Below are positions 37,709 through 50,350 of a stretch of 64,000 nucleotides of DNA, in pieces. Location: the NCBI RefSeq assembly GCF_006345805.1, contig NC_042999.1:100874001-100938000 (forward strand), given 5' to 3'. The stretch comes from Octopus sinensis. Taxonomy: Eukaryota. Position numbers and translations under genes: made by a program. The notes under the pieces were generated by a model, which saw only the letters and a list, made by a program, of their open reading frames with translations, had not been told where the DNA came from and searched no databases. Positions within the stretch are counted from its first letter, which is position 1, and every line of letters starts with the position of its first letter.

Positions 37709-38690
37709 TCCTTCAGATGCAATCACAAAGTAGGAAATCTTGTGCTCCATATTTACTTCACTCCTTGTAATATCCAACTAAGATCCTTTGCCTATACCTT
37801 TATCCAGAACAACACTCTGCATGGTCCTAGGTCATCTTTCCATGTCACAGAGTCTGCACTTCACCAACATATCCATAAGTGTTATTTAGTATGCCATATG
37901 CCAACTCTATCATTAACAGTATATAGATGAAACTGGTCAGAGGCTAGTTGTTCATTTTGGTTAATATATGTTAGAGATCAACTGTAACAGCACTGAATCA
38001 CTCAAGCTTGAAGATTTCTGCTACAATTCTCAAAGCTACTCTCACCTTTATGTCACTGTTTTCTGGCTTGTACAATGCAGGGTCTTGCTGCTGTCCAGCT
38101 TTGTTGGGAACAACAGTTAATTTGTTGTTTGAACACAGCCACTTTCTTTCCTTTACTCTCACTTACAAGATACTGACAAACACCCATCCATGCACTTCAC
38201 ATCCACCTTTATCACCTATCCACTCTACATTGTGATACCTTATTCATACCACCCACTCACATATCATTATGCCTTATTCATACCGTCAATACATTATTAA
38301 TACACTTTATTCATACCCACATACTTAATTCCCCACTATTACACACATATACACATTTGCACACAACCTCTCTCACACACTTGATTCCTTACTATATCAC
38401 ACACATACAGATTTTCCTTATTTTCCTCAGTATATGTCTGCTCTTCCCTGCTAAAAACCACCAACTCTCCTCACTTTCTGTTTACCAATTTGTACATGCT
38501 GCTTTTCTGAGAATCCCACAGTGCACTTTTCCTTCCAAAATTCTTCTTTCTCTTCTTCATCTACCTCGACAAACTAAAACTAGTTGAAATGCCAATATCA
38601 CTTCCTTTCTTCCTCAGTATATTGACTTAGCACTTTAGTCTATATTTTTTTGTTTTTTGTTATGTTTTTGCTTGTGTCTAATTTATTGTC
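37246..38690 (+). mobile_element. Decayed Penelope-like element (RT end, GIY-YIG, tail)
   Basis: NSFHPTIEFTSTIS..., TSFFYKPIDLHPYFDFTSSH and YIDETGQRLVVHFG*Y correspond to the Penelope-like motifs NSFHP.IKFT, YKPTD.H.YL...SSHP and YIGETGR.L..RF.EH. Confidence 0.8.
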
Positions 38691-39779
38691 AACTAGTCTT
38701 TTCTGAGAGATAGGTTTACATTAGGAAACTTGTAATGATGTGATCTACCTAAGTACACTACACAATAAATATCTAAAATGTCCCATAGTTGTAATCTGCA
38801 ATTTGTAGTCAAGTAGTCCAACAGTAAAAAGTATTTAACTGCTTTGTCAGAAATTTTCAAAAGAATAAATGTGGTATCAGATTAAGAGAGTTAAGACTAT
38901 AATAACATCCCTTTCTCCCTGAGAGTTTTTTTCCCATCAAAACAGAATGTAAAAATTGAAAATAAATCCTCTCCCAAAAAATGAAAACAAAATATAAACA
39001 AGAATGTATACAAATAAACACAAATTGAATTTAATGTTTCATAGAAATTTTCAAATTATATTAAATTTTTATATTCATTAGCAAGTGTACCAATATTTTA
39101 ATTAAGTTTAGTATGCTTGTTTACTTTGTTATTTTTTGTTACATTTTATTAGAAATTTAAATTAATAAGGAAGAAAATATTTTGTTACACACCGACGAGT
39201 CAAAATCAAGCAATGTAAATAATATATTATTTTTTTTTTTTGCTTTAAATTAGTTTCCACAAAAATGATATTGTCATAGGTAACCATTAAATTCAAGCAA
39301 GCTAACCTACAGTATTACATTTTAAATTAATTTACGTATGCATATGTTTGGAAATGTGTGATTATAATGTAAAAAATAAAAATAATAATATTAATAAAGC
39401 AATGATAAATAGAAAAAAAAATTTTTTTTAATTCTCAAATGCAATATTATTATAATGTTGGTGATATTAATTTGCAGAAACCTTAAAAGGCAATATAAAT
39501 AATACAGAAGTAAATAAATAAGTAAATAACAAAGCAGTGTCTTTTATACTATCAGTAAACAAATTAGGAAACATTAAAAAAAAAAAAAAACTTTGAAGAT
39601 AATACTGCAGCAGCAGAAGGGGCAGGGAGAGAGAGTTACCCAGTAACTTTGAGTCAATTTCAAAGTAGGGGTTGGAGTGGGAGGATAAAAGTGCAAAAAA
39701 AAAATGGGAGAAAAAAAATCAAAACTTGGTACCGGAATGGATGGGTCCACAGCACTAAGCTATAATTTCCGGTACTTAC

Positions 39780-39827
39780 TTGCATTTCTGGATTTTCTCC
39801 GTCAGCACACTCAGCAGAGACTCTTCC
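39780..39827 (-). CDS. Candidate 48-nt in-frame cassette exon of TULP4 (GRVSAECADGENPEMQ)
   Basis: A pyrimidine tract with CTAAC (ttctttattttctaactctacAG) precedes the exon and the donor is a consensus GTAAGT. It is phase 0/0, has no stop, and lies in non-repeat sequence. There is no homology support, and the assignment to TULP4 is inferred from strand and phase. Confidence 0.4.
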
Positions 39828-40139
39828 CTGTAGAGTTAGAAAATAAAGAAGCTCTAGAGAAAATTGTTGTGGCTCAAATACTTTGGAAATCCTTATCAAT
39901 TCTACAGAGAATGGTTTTCGTTGTACTGCTTGCTGCTAATAATGTGAAGTTATTGAGATGGTGGGATAAAGAGAGAGAGAGAGTGAGGAAATTTTACTAT
40001 TCATATCTCATGAGATTCTATGCAAGCTCTGAAGAGTGTCTTCATGTGAATGTATTGTAATTGTAAAAATTGTTGCTTCAGTGAATTGGAATTTTGCAAA
40101 ATGTAACAGCAACACTTGAGCTTTCACTTTAGTATAACA

Positions 40140-40510
40140 TACTCTGTATGTGTGTGTGTGTATGTATAAATACATATATGACTGTATATGTGTGTGTATG
40201 CATATATATATATATATAATATATATATATATACACATATATATATATATACATATATATAAATATACATACAAATATTACATATATATAAATATATGTA
40301 TATATACATATATATATACATACATATATATACATATATATATACATATATATATGAATTACATACATATACATATATATACATATATAAATATACATAC
40401 ATATATAAATATACATACATATATAAACATATATAAATATACATATATATAAATATATGTATACACATATATACATATGCATATATACATACATATATAC
40501 ATGCACACAT
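40140..40510. repeat. Complex TA/CA-rich microsatellite
   Basis: Seen directly. It is the source of several spurious Y/I/M/C-rich ORFs. Confidence 0.95.
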
Positions 40511-42993
40511 AAAATAAACAATGCAGGTTCTAAGTTACAACAGGCTACCTACCACCAATAAAAAAAACAAATCATGCGAAGGTATTTTGAAGCCCACATC
40601 ACATAAATATATCAATATAACTAATCAAACTAAGCATGCAATATGTTTGTACATATATTACACATATATATATACATACATCTGCAGACGGATATGCAAG
40701 AAATAATTGCACACACAAATACACCCATTCATACATGTACAAAATATTTATAAATTTTGATTTCTCATAGATTAATTGTATATAATTGAATAATATAAAC
40801 AGTAGTTTATACACCATTAACCTTTTTGAACTCTTTGATGAAGTCACAACATTCATTAACTCAGATTGGACTGGATTTATTTGATTATTCCTTATTTATT
40901 TTAATGGTTGAGGCAGTGTACAGTTTCTCACTGGGAATATTTTCATATACTGGCAGAAAATTCATTTGCTTTTATCTTGCAGCTTAAGCTCCAATTAATG
41001 AAGGCCTTAAGAGAATTGATTCAGTTGATTTGTCAAGGAGGTGGCATAAGCACATCTAAACAGTCTTTAGGGGATATGATGGAGCTAATAATATTGCCTA
41101 TTGTACATGGATGTTTATTCACACTTCAGTAATGAATTACGAATATGCATGTATATGTGTGTACACTTTTGTTGCTAATTAGTTGCTGAAAAATTTCAAC
41201 TCCAATTCCAACAAATTAGAATATGACATCACTGAAATGGAATAATTAAAACTCTTAACACAAATACCAATTATTACCTGTATTTACATAATCATGTCAC
41301 ATAAAAATATATAACACAATATTTATAAACTGCTTATAACTTGTGAAAGTGCAAAAACAGGGAAGAATAAGAGAAGGTGGGAAAATAGGGATAGTAATAA
41401 TACACAATAACATTATTATTAAGTTAAGAATGAAATACAGTATGATTAACATAGGCTGATATTAAATAAGAAGAACTGGTTATGTTAAAGAAAATCCACC
41501 ACCGAATGGCTTTAACATTAAGATCAGAAAGACAATAAAGGCAAGCAAATTAAGGCAGTTGACACCATACCCTGATATGAGAAAAAAAAAATACGAAACA
41601 AAAACAAATACAAAAAATATCTACTAATATCCTCAAGCGCTAACTGAAATTAAAGGAACACCTGGAAGAGAATTAATTAACTGATAAAGGTCAGGTGAAT
41701 CCAACCTTTCATGACATGACAGTGCTAATAATAACAAAGACTGATCTATTGCTACAAGGATAACAGGTGAAATAATATAGCAATTCGACCAGAATGCTAG
41801 ATAAGCAAAATGCAATCAGAAAAGCAAAGTGATTCAAGTAGAAATGTCACTCAGAACAAGAACAGTTCAGAAAGAGCTATTAAATAATCTTAAAGTTTAG
41901 ACCGAAGAATGAAAAAGAAAGGCAAAAAAAAAAAAAAAAAGAAATGTCCAGAAAAGACATCATGTAAATTAGTTTGTACTAGGGAATTAGAAAACAAATA
42001 TCACACATTCTTAATCAAAACTATTGGAAATGTAATCAACAGAAATATGCAATTGTTTTGTTTTCTTTAAAGATCCTGTGAAAAGTCTTCCACTCAGACC
42101 TTATGAATAGCAAATGTTTAATAAAAAAAACCCAGTTATATGAAGATGGATGGTAACTGAATCTAATGGATCTTTACTGAATCTTTCTCTCTTCAATCTT
42201 ATTCTAGTCAATCTTAAAGCTCATGTAGTTGATTTTGACCATGTTCCTGTATCCAACTGAACAAATTTTCATTACAGAATCAACATTATTGCTGAAATTT
42301 TAAATGTGATAATAAGGCTTCAAGTTTAACACACTCCTCCATCATTAGAAATAAAATAAATAAATAAATAAATAAAACTCTGAGTATAGATACAGTTAAT
42401 GCTAAAGAGTCAGTTTTCAAAACATCCATGGTTCAATAGACTTAGGGATGCATCCAAATTAGAATGAAGGAAGGAATCTAAGTATGAAATAAACTGATTA
42501 TAAGCAGTGTAAGTAACACGTGATGCAGAAATGTATTTCGTGTGGTCTGATAGCAAACAAAGCAACTGTGCTGTTATAGAACTGAGGCAGAGGATATATA
42601 TGTTCTGTAATTTAAATAATCAAATCAGTAATGGTACAGGATTTGGGAAAGTAGAATGATAGATGATGATAGCTTCTTTCATTATTAGATCAACATTCCT
42701 GATATTTGTTCATTCAAGCAAGGAACTGTGCTGGAAATAAGCTGCTATTTCTTTCTTTCTTAATTTTTCTCTTAAATATTGTCTTGATAATCAAATAAAT
42801 GGTTATTGTACTTTGAAGAAAACAGAAAATACGCACAATAACACTCACAACAACAACAACACACATATATTTCTGTGTGTGAAGGTGGTAGCAAAATGTT
42901 GATAATGGAAATCCTAAAAATACTGGAGTTGGAAAGCAGAGCTATGAAGTAGTTTATTTGCAACAGAGATATGAGAGAGGGGGAAGGGGTTAG

Positions 42994-43663
42994 ATGTTTT
43001 CTAAAGAGCCTAACAAGAAATAGGAATAAGCATTGTGATGTGAATTGATAATATGAAGTAGAAGAAAGCAACTGTAAAAAGGTTGATAAATAGAAGTGAG
43101 GAAATTACACAGAGTTACAACTGACCTAAGACATTTGGGGTTGACATAGGAAATAACCAAAGAATGATATAAAGATGGAAGGTAATTTTAAATATTTGAT
43201 ACATATTTGGATGGCACTTATACAAACACAGAAATACCACTTTATGGTCATTTTGAACTGCAAGAAAGAGCTGTCAAACTCTCCCTCAGATAACTCCCCA
43301 CTGTCTTAAATATAAACTGAAATAAAGTAGTTTCGTACATAACCTAGAATGATAGGCTGTTCACAGCTAAAATGTTTTTAATCATAGGTTTACTGGATCA
43401 GGGCTGACCTGGAACTAAACAATAACAAAAGCAACTGCAGCAGTAGAAGCAGCAGTAACAATAATATATTCCTAAAAATATATTGATTGCTATGCTCAAA
43501 AATGTACTGCAACTTAGCAATTAACTTATTAAAAAATTTTTCCTCTTAACAAAGTTGCAATGTTTTCTAAAGAGCCTAACAAGAAATAGGAATAAGCATC
43601 GTGATGTGAATTGATAATCTGAAGTAGAAGAAAGCAACTGTAAAAAGGTTGATAAATAGAAGT
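42994..43663 (+). repeat. 104-bp direct repeat pair (42994-43097 and 43560-43663) with 2 mismatches
   Basis: atgttttctaaagagcctaacaagaaatagg...ggttgataaatagaagt occurs twice, 566 bp apart. Confidence 0.95.
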
Positions 43664-43730
43664 TTATATATACATTCACCATAGACATACACTGATGCAT
43701 GCAAGAACATACAAAACAAATACAATAACT

Positions 43731-44137
43731 GGCATGGTTGTGTGGTAAGAAGTTTGATTCCCAATCACGATTCCAGGTTCAGTCCCACAGTGTAACACTT
43801 GACACCTTGGGCAGGTGTCTTCTGCTATTGCTTCAGACTGTCCAAGCTTTGTGAGTGGATTTGGTAGATGGAAACTGAAAGTTGTTTGTGTGTGTGTGTG
43901 TGTGTGTGTGTGGCTGGGTGGGTGGGTGCATGTGTGTGTCACCACTTAGCAACTGGTGTTGGTGTGTTTATGTCCTCTTAAATTAGTGCTTCAGCAAAAA
44001 GAGATTGCTAGAATAAGTATCAGTCTTTACAAAAGAATAATAAGTACTGGGGCCAATTTCTTCAGATAAAATTCTTCAAGGCAGTAGTCTAGCATGGGCA
44101 CAATCTAAAGACTAAACAAGTAAAACATAAAAGATAA
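43731..44137 (+). mobile_element. SINE family A, diverged
   Basis: ggcatggttgtgtggtaagaagtttg...ggttcagtccc...gtgagtggatttggtagatggaaactgaaag...aagtaaaacataaaagata. Confidence 0.8.
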
Positions 44138-44359
44138 AGCCAATAAGGAGCCAATATGATACCTTAGCCTACTAGAATTAAAGCCTTATCAATTTCATAA
44201 AATAAAGACACATTGAATTATGTGGTCATACAAACAGTGTCTGAGGTCAAAAATGTTGTGATAATGGCAGGAATTCCATTGACTATATGTCTGCTTGATC
44301 AAGACAAACCTGAGACTAAACAGCAATAATAAAAACTAAACTTCAAGTTTATTTTTTAG

Positions 44360-44575
44360 GTAGTAAAATTGCACTGGTATGATCATGTACTGCACATGCA
44401 TAACAACAGAAGTGTAAAAAGAGTGCCAATTGCTTAAAGAGGATAGAACATGAGGAAAAGAGAGAGACCCACGAAGACATGGGCAGAAGTAATGAATGTT
44501 GATTTCAGGATGTCAACTCCCACACTGGAGATGACAAAGGACCAAGATGCATAGCATCTTGTTATGAAGACCTAA
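44360..44575 (+). mobile_element. RTE LINE ORF C-terminal fragment
   Basis: LHWYDHVLHM...RPTKTWAEVMNVDFRM...MTKDQDA* parallels 13710-13900 (WYGHV.RM...GRPRKTWDEVVKHDLR...MTSD). Confidence 0.65.
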
Positions 44576-44829
44576 ATGATTATGTTCATGTTTAAACACT
44601 CAGAGGGCCCTACCCCCAATATATTCCACACCTCTCATTTTCACAACACCTGTTCCTCTCTCACTTTTTTTAACAATGTTTAAAATTCAGCTGCTATAAT
44701 CATTTTACAGGAGAATCCGCCATATTTTACCCCCTTCGTGCTACTAGTTACCTCCCCGCTCTCCCTCAAATCACTTCTTTTAGCTATTTTGCTATCAACC
44801 CACCAGATTCCACCCCTAGGACTATGATA

Positions 44830-45012
44830 CAAAAGCCTACCGTTTAAAAATTATCTAAATCATAATCTTCCATCAAAATTTTATGCCAATTTATGTTCTA
44901 GATGCCAGCTTAATAATGACAAAATTATTTTACCAAATTCTTTATGATTTTAAAATTTGATTGAAACAAAAGGTAGTGTATGTTACTGGAAATATGATTA
45001 AAAAAGAGTTAA
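44830..45012 (-). mobile_element. Partial MITE related to 10093-10312
   Basis: The reverse complement shares taaagaattt.gtaaaataa and ends ...aaagag|ttaa. Confidence 0.5.
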
Positions 45013-46384
45013 CATCTATCCCTCATTCTCAACATCATTACCTACCACACTGATTTCCCCTTTCAGTGTCTTTCAGTTAACACTCTCTCTCCTCTGAGAT
45101 ATATATTAGGACTGTCATATCTCCTCTTTAATACACTCTCATCTAGCACTCTCAACAACCAGCTCATATCTGCCAGCAAACAGCTCACCCTTCCCATCCC
45201 ACCACCACTTTTGTCCTCACCTCACTCACTATAGCCACCACTACATACCTTTGACCTCCATCTCTGTCCTTGTACTTCCCACCTCTCACCCACACATCAT
45301 CTCCCTATGTTTTTTTAAAAATCTATCTATAGGTGTATTATAGTACTGCTTTCCACCCTTCTTGTGCTACTTATGACTTCTTTAATGAGCTATTTCTTTT
45401 ACCTTCCTTCAACCATACAAATATTAACCATCATTCACACCTCCACCCTTGAATACCATTCACTACATTTCTCTCTACTGTCATCTCAAACCATCTGTCA
45501 TTTCCCTCTTACACTTTATGAACTTATCTATCCAGCCTTTCTAAATCTCAGTTCATATTCTCTTATACAGTAATAAGGTGTTAGAGCTTATACTTTGAAC
45601 ATAAGCTCTAACACCTCACCATTGATATCTTTATTTTCTTTACCATCCACCACTCTTATATAACTTAGGGTAGCCATGTATCTCTTCTATAGCAAGTAAT
45701 TCAACAAAAAGGATAATAATAACTGCAAGACTAAAAACAATAATGATGATGATGAATGTAACTAAAACAAAAAACATGAACAATAGCAGGAATAAACACA
45801 ATATTCATTGAAAATATATAGAAATAAAATGTAAGATGGGAAGGGGAAACAGTGTATTAAACAAACACTTTAGGGCTAAAGAAAAGAGAAAATATAAAGA
45901 ACTTTTATCAATACAATTGTTGAAGAGGCATTAGGTCATATTTTGAATACATGCTGCTAAATATTGGCTAATAACATTACATCTTTATACATGTATATTA
46001 TGTATGCATGCATAATACATACACACACACATACCTACACACATACATGGACACATCTACATTTATAAATATGACATAAGTGTATATGCATGTGTGTGCA
46101 TGATATTAACAGTTTCATATCACCAATATGTATCGATATATATCGGCAGCAACCTTCAATCAAATTAAAATGTCTGTGGAGGAGCAGCCATTATTAAAAA
46201 TGGCAGATAAGAACATAAATCATGTGTAACTAAATATTGAGACAACAAATCGAAAGCAAAAATAAACTGATTTAAATCAGAGGGTAACAGCTCATATCAA
46301 CTGATATTGTTTGCTACCTCCCTTTGATTGGATTTCCCTCTCCTTCATAACTTCATGCATAGTGCACATTCAGCCAGATAGGAA

Positions 46385-46454
<70 letters not shown>

Positions 46455-47049
46455 TATACACACACACACATATATATATATAAAGATATGCACACTTGCA
46501 CACACATATGAATGCACATGTATGTATATATGTACATACACATATCCACATGCATTCAAGTTAGACACTGTGTCATCCACAACACACTACCTCAGTACAG
46601 TGACTTACCAACAGAACACTGCAACACACCAATGTCAACTATACACCAGAAGAAAGCAAAGCCATTATCAACACCATTTAGTTTGCAAACCCTACACTAC
46701 CTTTTACTCCTTCATCAGGTTGCATCCATCACTCCACAAGACATTCTCAAAATTGTTATCACAAACACTTAACAGAAGACCATAAGAAACTAGCCTCAAC
46801 CTATGGTAGACTTGGAGCTGAGAAGAATTGTGTGGTAAAACAATAAGGCACCACACATGCATATAAACTTCAACAGATTAAACTTGATCTATTGAGAACC
46901 ACACCTCCTGAAAAGACATATGAGCCATGAATTTCAACTGTGTTTATAGGTAAAATGTAGCTCTTTGAATTCATACAGCACCTGAGAACTATATGCAATA
47001 AACTCGTTGTTCTTAGTATTACTGTTGTTATTAGTATTATTAATAATAA

Positions 47050-47225
47050 TGCTTTCAAATTTTGGCACAAAGCCAGCAAATTTGGGGGAGAGGGTAAGTT
47101 GGTTACATGGACCCCATGGATCAACTGGTACTTATTTTATCCACACCAAAAAGCTAAAAGGCAGAATTTGAACTCAGAGCATACAGGCAGATTACATGCT
47201 GCTAATGACTGCCAGTTTGCTGCTT
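47050..47225 (-). mobile_element. SINE family B, internally shortened
   Basis: aattttggcacaaagccagcaaatttgggggagaggg...caactggtacttattttatc...agaatttgaactcag. Confidence 0.7.
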
Positions 47226-47256
47226 TATTGATGATGATGATGATGATGATGATAAA

Positions 47257-48380
47257 TACTCTGATGCAATACTAGACAGTGGATCTCATGGCTTTTGATC
47301 TTAACTGATTGGATGTGTTATCATATACATTGTTTTGTTTTGGTATAAAAGATGGGCTACAGCAAATATTTTGTTCCATACCACAGATTTGTTTGTCAGT
47401 TGTTTGACTTTAACTAGCTGAGCATGTCCCTTAGTGGCTGACAATATGTGCATCTCTGATCAGGAGCAGAAGTAGTTGGGGAGCATCATAGCCATGAGTT
47501 GAGAGGAATTCTTTTGGGTTTGGATAATTCAATTGTGGAAACATGGATGTTTCATTCAACATCCTTAAACAACAACCCTTTTTCAGGGACCTTTTGAGTG
47601 GGATGGGCTACTTGACCCTAAGAAAATTCTAACTAGGCCCCAGCTGCATGGTCATGCACTGTTTATCTTGATATGAGATCACCATGCTGTGCGCATATGG
47701 TTGAGATGCATGTGCCTGGTGTACCCTTATCAGATGGGTGGTCATGATGTGTATACTGGACTTTGTATATTTTACCTCAGTGTCACTTTAATGTCATGCA
47801 CTGTCCTCTCACTAAATAATTATAATAATAATGCTCTGATGCAGTACCAGGCAGTGGCTATCATGGCTTCTGATTTTAACTGATTGGAAGTGTCATGTAC
47901 ATTGTTTTGTCATGATATAAAAGATGGGCAACAGCAAACATTCTGTTCCATATCACAGATTTGCTTGTCAGTTGTTTGACCATAACCAGTTGAGCATGTC
48001 TCTTAGTGGCTGATGATATGTGCATCTCTGATCAGGAGCAGAAGTAGCGGGGGAGCATCATAGTCATGTATTGAGAGGAATTCTTTGGTGTTTGAATATG
48101 CCTCTGGAAGCATGGGTGTTTCTTTCAACATCCTTAAACAACCCTTACTCAGGGACCTTTCAAGCAGGATGGGCTACTTGACCTTAAGAAAATTCTAACT
48201 GGACCCCACCTGCAAGGTCATGTGCTGTCTATCTTGATATAAGATCACCATGCCATGCAGATATGGTTGTGGTGCATGTGTCTGGTGTACCCTTATCAGA
48301 CAGGTAGTCACGACAGGTATACTGAGCTTCATATATTTTACCCTAATGTCACTTTGATGGCATACACTGCTCTCTCACTC
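47257..48380 (+). mobile_element. Two tandem copies of the family C element (about 47257-47815 and 47833-48380)
   Basis: Both align end to end with 23785-24330 and are separated by a short (AAT)n. Confidence 0.9.
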
Positions 48381-48424
48381 AATAATAATAATAATAAATA
48401 AATAATAAATAATTAATAATAATA

Positions 48425-48640
48425 ACATGATAGCAGAACTGTTAGCATGCTAGACAAAATGCTTAGTGGAATTTTATCTTTCTTCACATCTTGAGCTCAA
48501 ATTTTATTGAGGTTGACAGTGTCTTTCATTCTTTCAGAGTCAATAAAATATGTAGCAGTCAGGAACTGGAGTTGATGTAATTGATTTCCCTTCTCCACTC
48601 AAAAACGTGCTAGCCCAGTGCCAAAATTTAAAACCATTAT
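48425..48640 (+). mobile_element. SINE family B, diverged
   Basis: gcagaactgttagcatgctagacaaaatgcttagtgg...gagctcaaatttt...ttcagagtcaataaaata. Confidence 0.65.
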
Positions 48641-48729
48641 TATGTGATGAAAACTCACAGCTTATTTTGCTGGGCATGATACTAACGTGGCACTTGTTTA
48701 CTGGTCATGCTTCAAGAACCCTGTGAAAA

Positions 48730-48762
<33 letters not shown>

Positions 48763-49609
48763 AGCTGTTGTTTCAAACAATAACCATCAAGAAAAGTTCT
48801 CCTTTGACTTTGGTTCATGATAGTGTAGATACAATGGATAAAAAGAAATGTCAGAGTAGTAGTTGAGAGAGAGAAGCACTTGGAGAGAAAAAGAAAGAGA
48901 ATTTGGAAGTGAATGAGGTTGGAGATGGATAAAAAAATAATAGTGAGAAGGGAAAGATAGAACAAGAAGAAAGAAGAGGAATATTAGCTTAAGATTTTTA
49001 CTTTGGGCACATCATAGCAAATGCAGCGAGCAGCCTGTTAAAAGTATTCTTCCTATATGTCTCTGTACAAAATATAGATATGGTCAGAAGCAGGTTGCTG
49101 GTTAGACAATTTTCACATGTAAGCATATACACTCATATAGAAGTTCAGGAGCTCACATATATAGAAAGTGTTTTACATACACACACAGTGGAAGCTAAGT
49201 TACCAGCTCACATATCCTGAAAGAGAGAGAGAGAGAGAAAGGGGTGGGGAGAGATGGAGAGAGACAGAAAGAGAGAGGGAGACAGGATGCATGATATGAT
49301 GGTAATTAAGCAATGCATAACAATTGTATGCATACTGTGTAGATGTACATGCACACTGGTATGCAAATTTCTAGCCATGGGACTTAGGCACACGCATTTG
49401 TTCATATATCATTATCTGAACATATTCTTAAGGTCAACTTGTAGTTACTTGTGAACACTTCTGGGCTTCATTACTAATTCAGTTCTCAACCAAATTGAAT
49501 GTGGCTTTTTAGCAATGATGGTTCAGTCTTCAACTACATTTCAGATGAAATTTGGGTCATTAAAAAATGTAAAGATAAAAGTGGGAGAGTAAGGCAAAAA
49601 ATTAACTAT

Positions 49610-50350
49610 GAATCAAAATATCTTAGTTATTTTAAAAGAAAAATATAAATTGATTGGGTTTAAAAGAATGTGTTCACTGAGAGGAATCTTTTGGTGAAAA
49701 CCTCGAAAATTAGTTAGGAAAAAGGTAGTATGGCTTTAAGTGATGAAAAAAATGGTAAGTAACCCCCAAAACTGACTTTGAATCAAGATATCTCAGACAT
49801 TGTAAAAGAAAACTAAACTATAGTAGTGTTTACATGAAAGAGCTCTATGAGATGAATCTTATGTTGAAATCCTCATTAAAAAAATACTAGCTACAAAAGA
49901 CAGAAAAGTGGGGTGGCTTTGAGTGAAAGAAAAAAGGTGAACATCTTAACAAAGCAAAATATTTTTGTCATTTCAAGATATTTAGCAATATAAAAGACTA
50001 TCTGATGCTATGGGTTGCTTAATGCTACACAGTACTTAACTAGAGCTTGAGAGTTGTGGGACTCAATACTCTGTAATGGATTGCTGGCCACTTTTCTTCT
50101 ATTTCTAAAGGGTATTTAGCCAATCTTCTAAGCTGTTTTTACAACTATTTTGCATTTGAGATTTACTTCAGATGAAACAGTCCTCTGAAAAGAACCTTAT
50201 GGGGAAAACCTTGTCAAAAGATATTAGTTACAAAAAAGTTGTGTGGCTTTAAGTGATGATGTCAAGAAATCACTTTTGTCTTCTTTAGAGAAAAATTATA
50301 TTATTTGGACTCAAATATTTCAGAGAGAAACTCATTGAAAAATCTCAAGC
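49610..50350 (+). repeat. Degenerate tandem array, unit about 170-190 bp, about 4 copies
   Basis: The motif gaatcaa.atatct occurs at 49610 and 49780 and tcaagatat at 49973. The motif gaatctt...gaaa.cct...tag.ta..aaaa...ggcttt.agtga occurs at about 49684, 49854 and 50182. Confidence 0.6.

Noticed and set aside
40008-40521. Multiple 88-130-aa Y/I/M/C-rich ORFs
   Set aside because: They are microsatellite translations. The same applies to the ORFs near 7900, 25200 and 46350.
46560-47030. Possible LINE fragment (ITPQDILK...NNKAP)
   Set aside because: The resemblance is too fragmentary to support a call.
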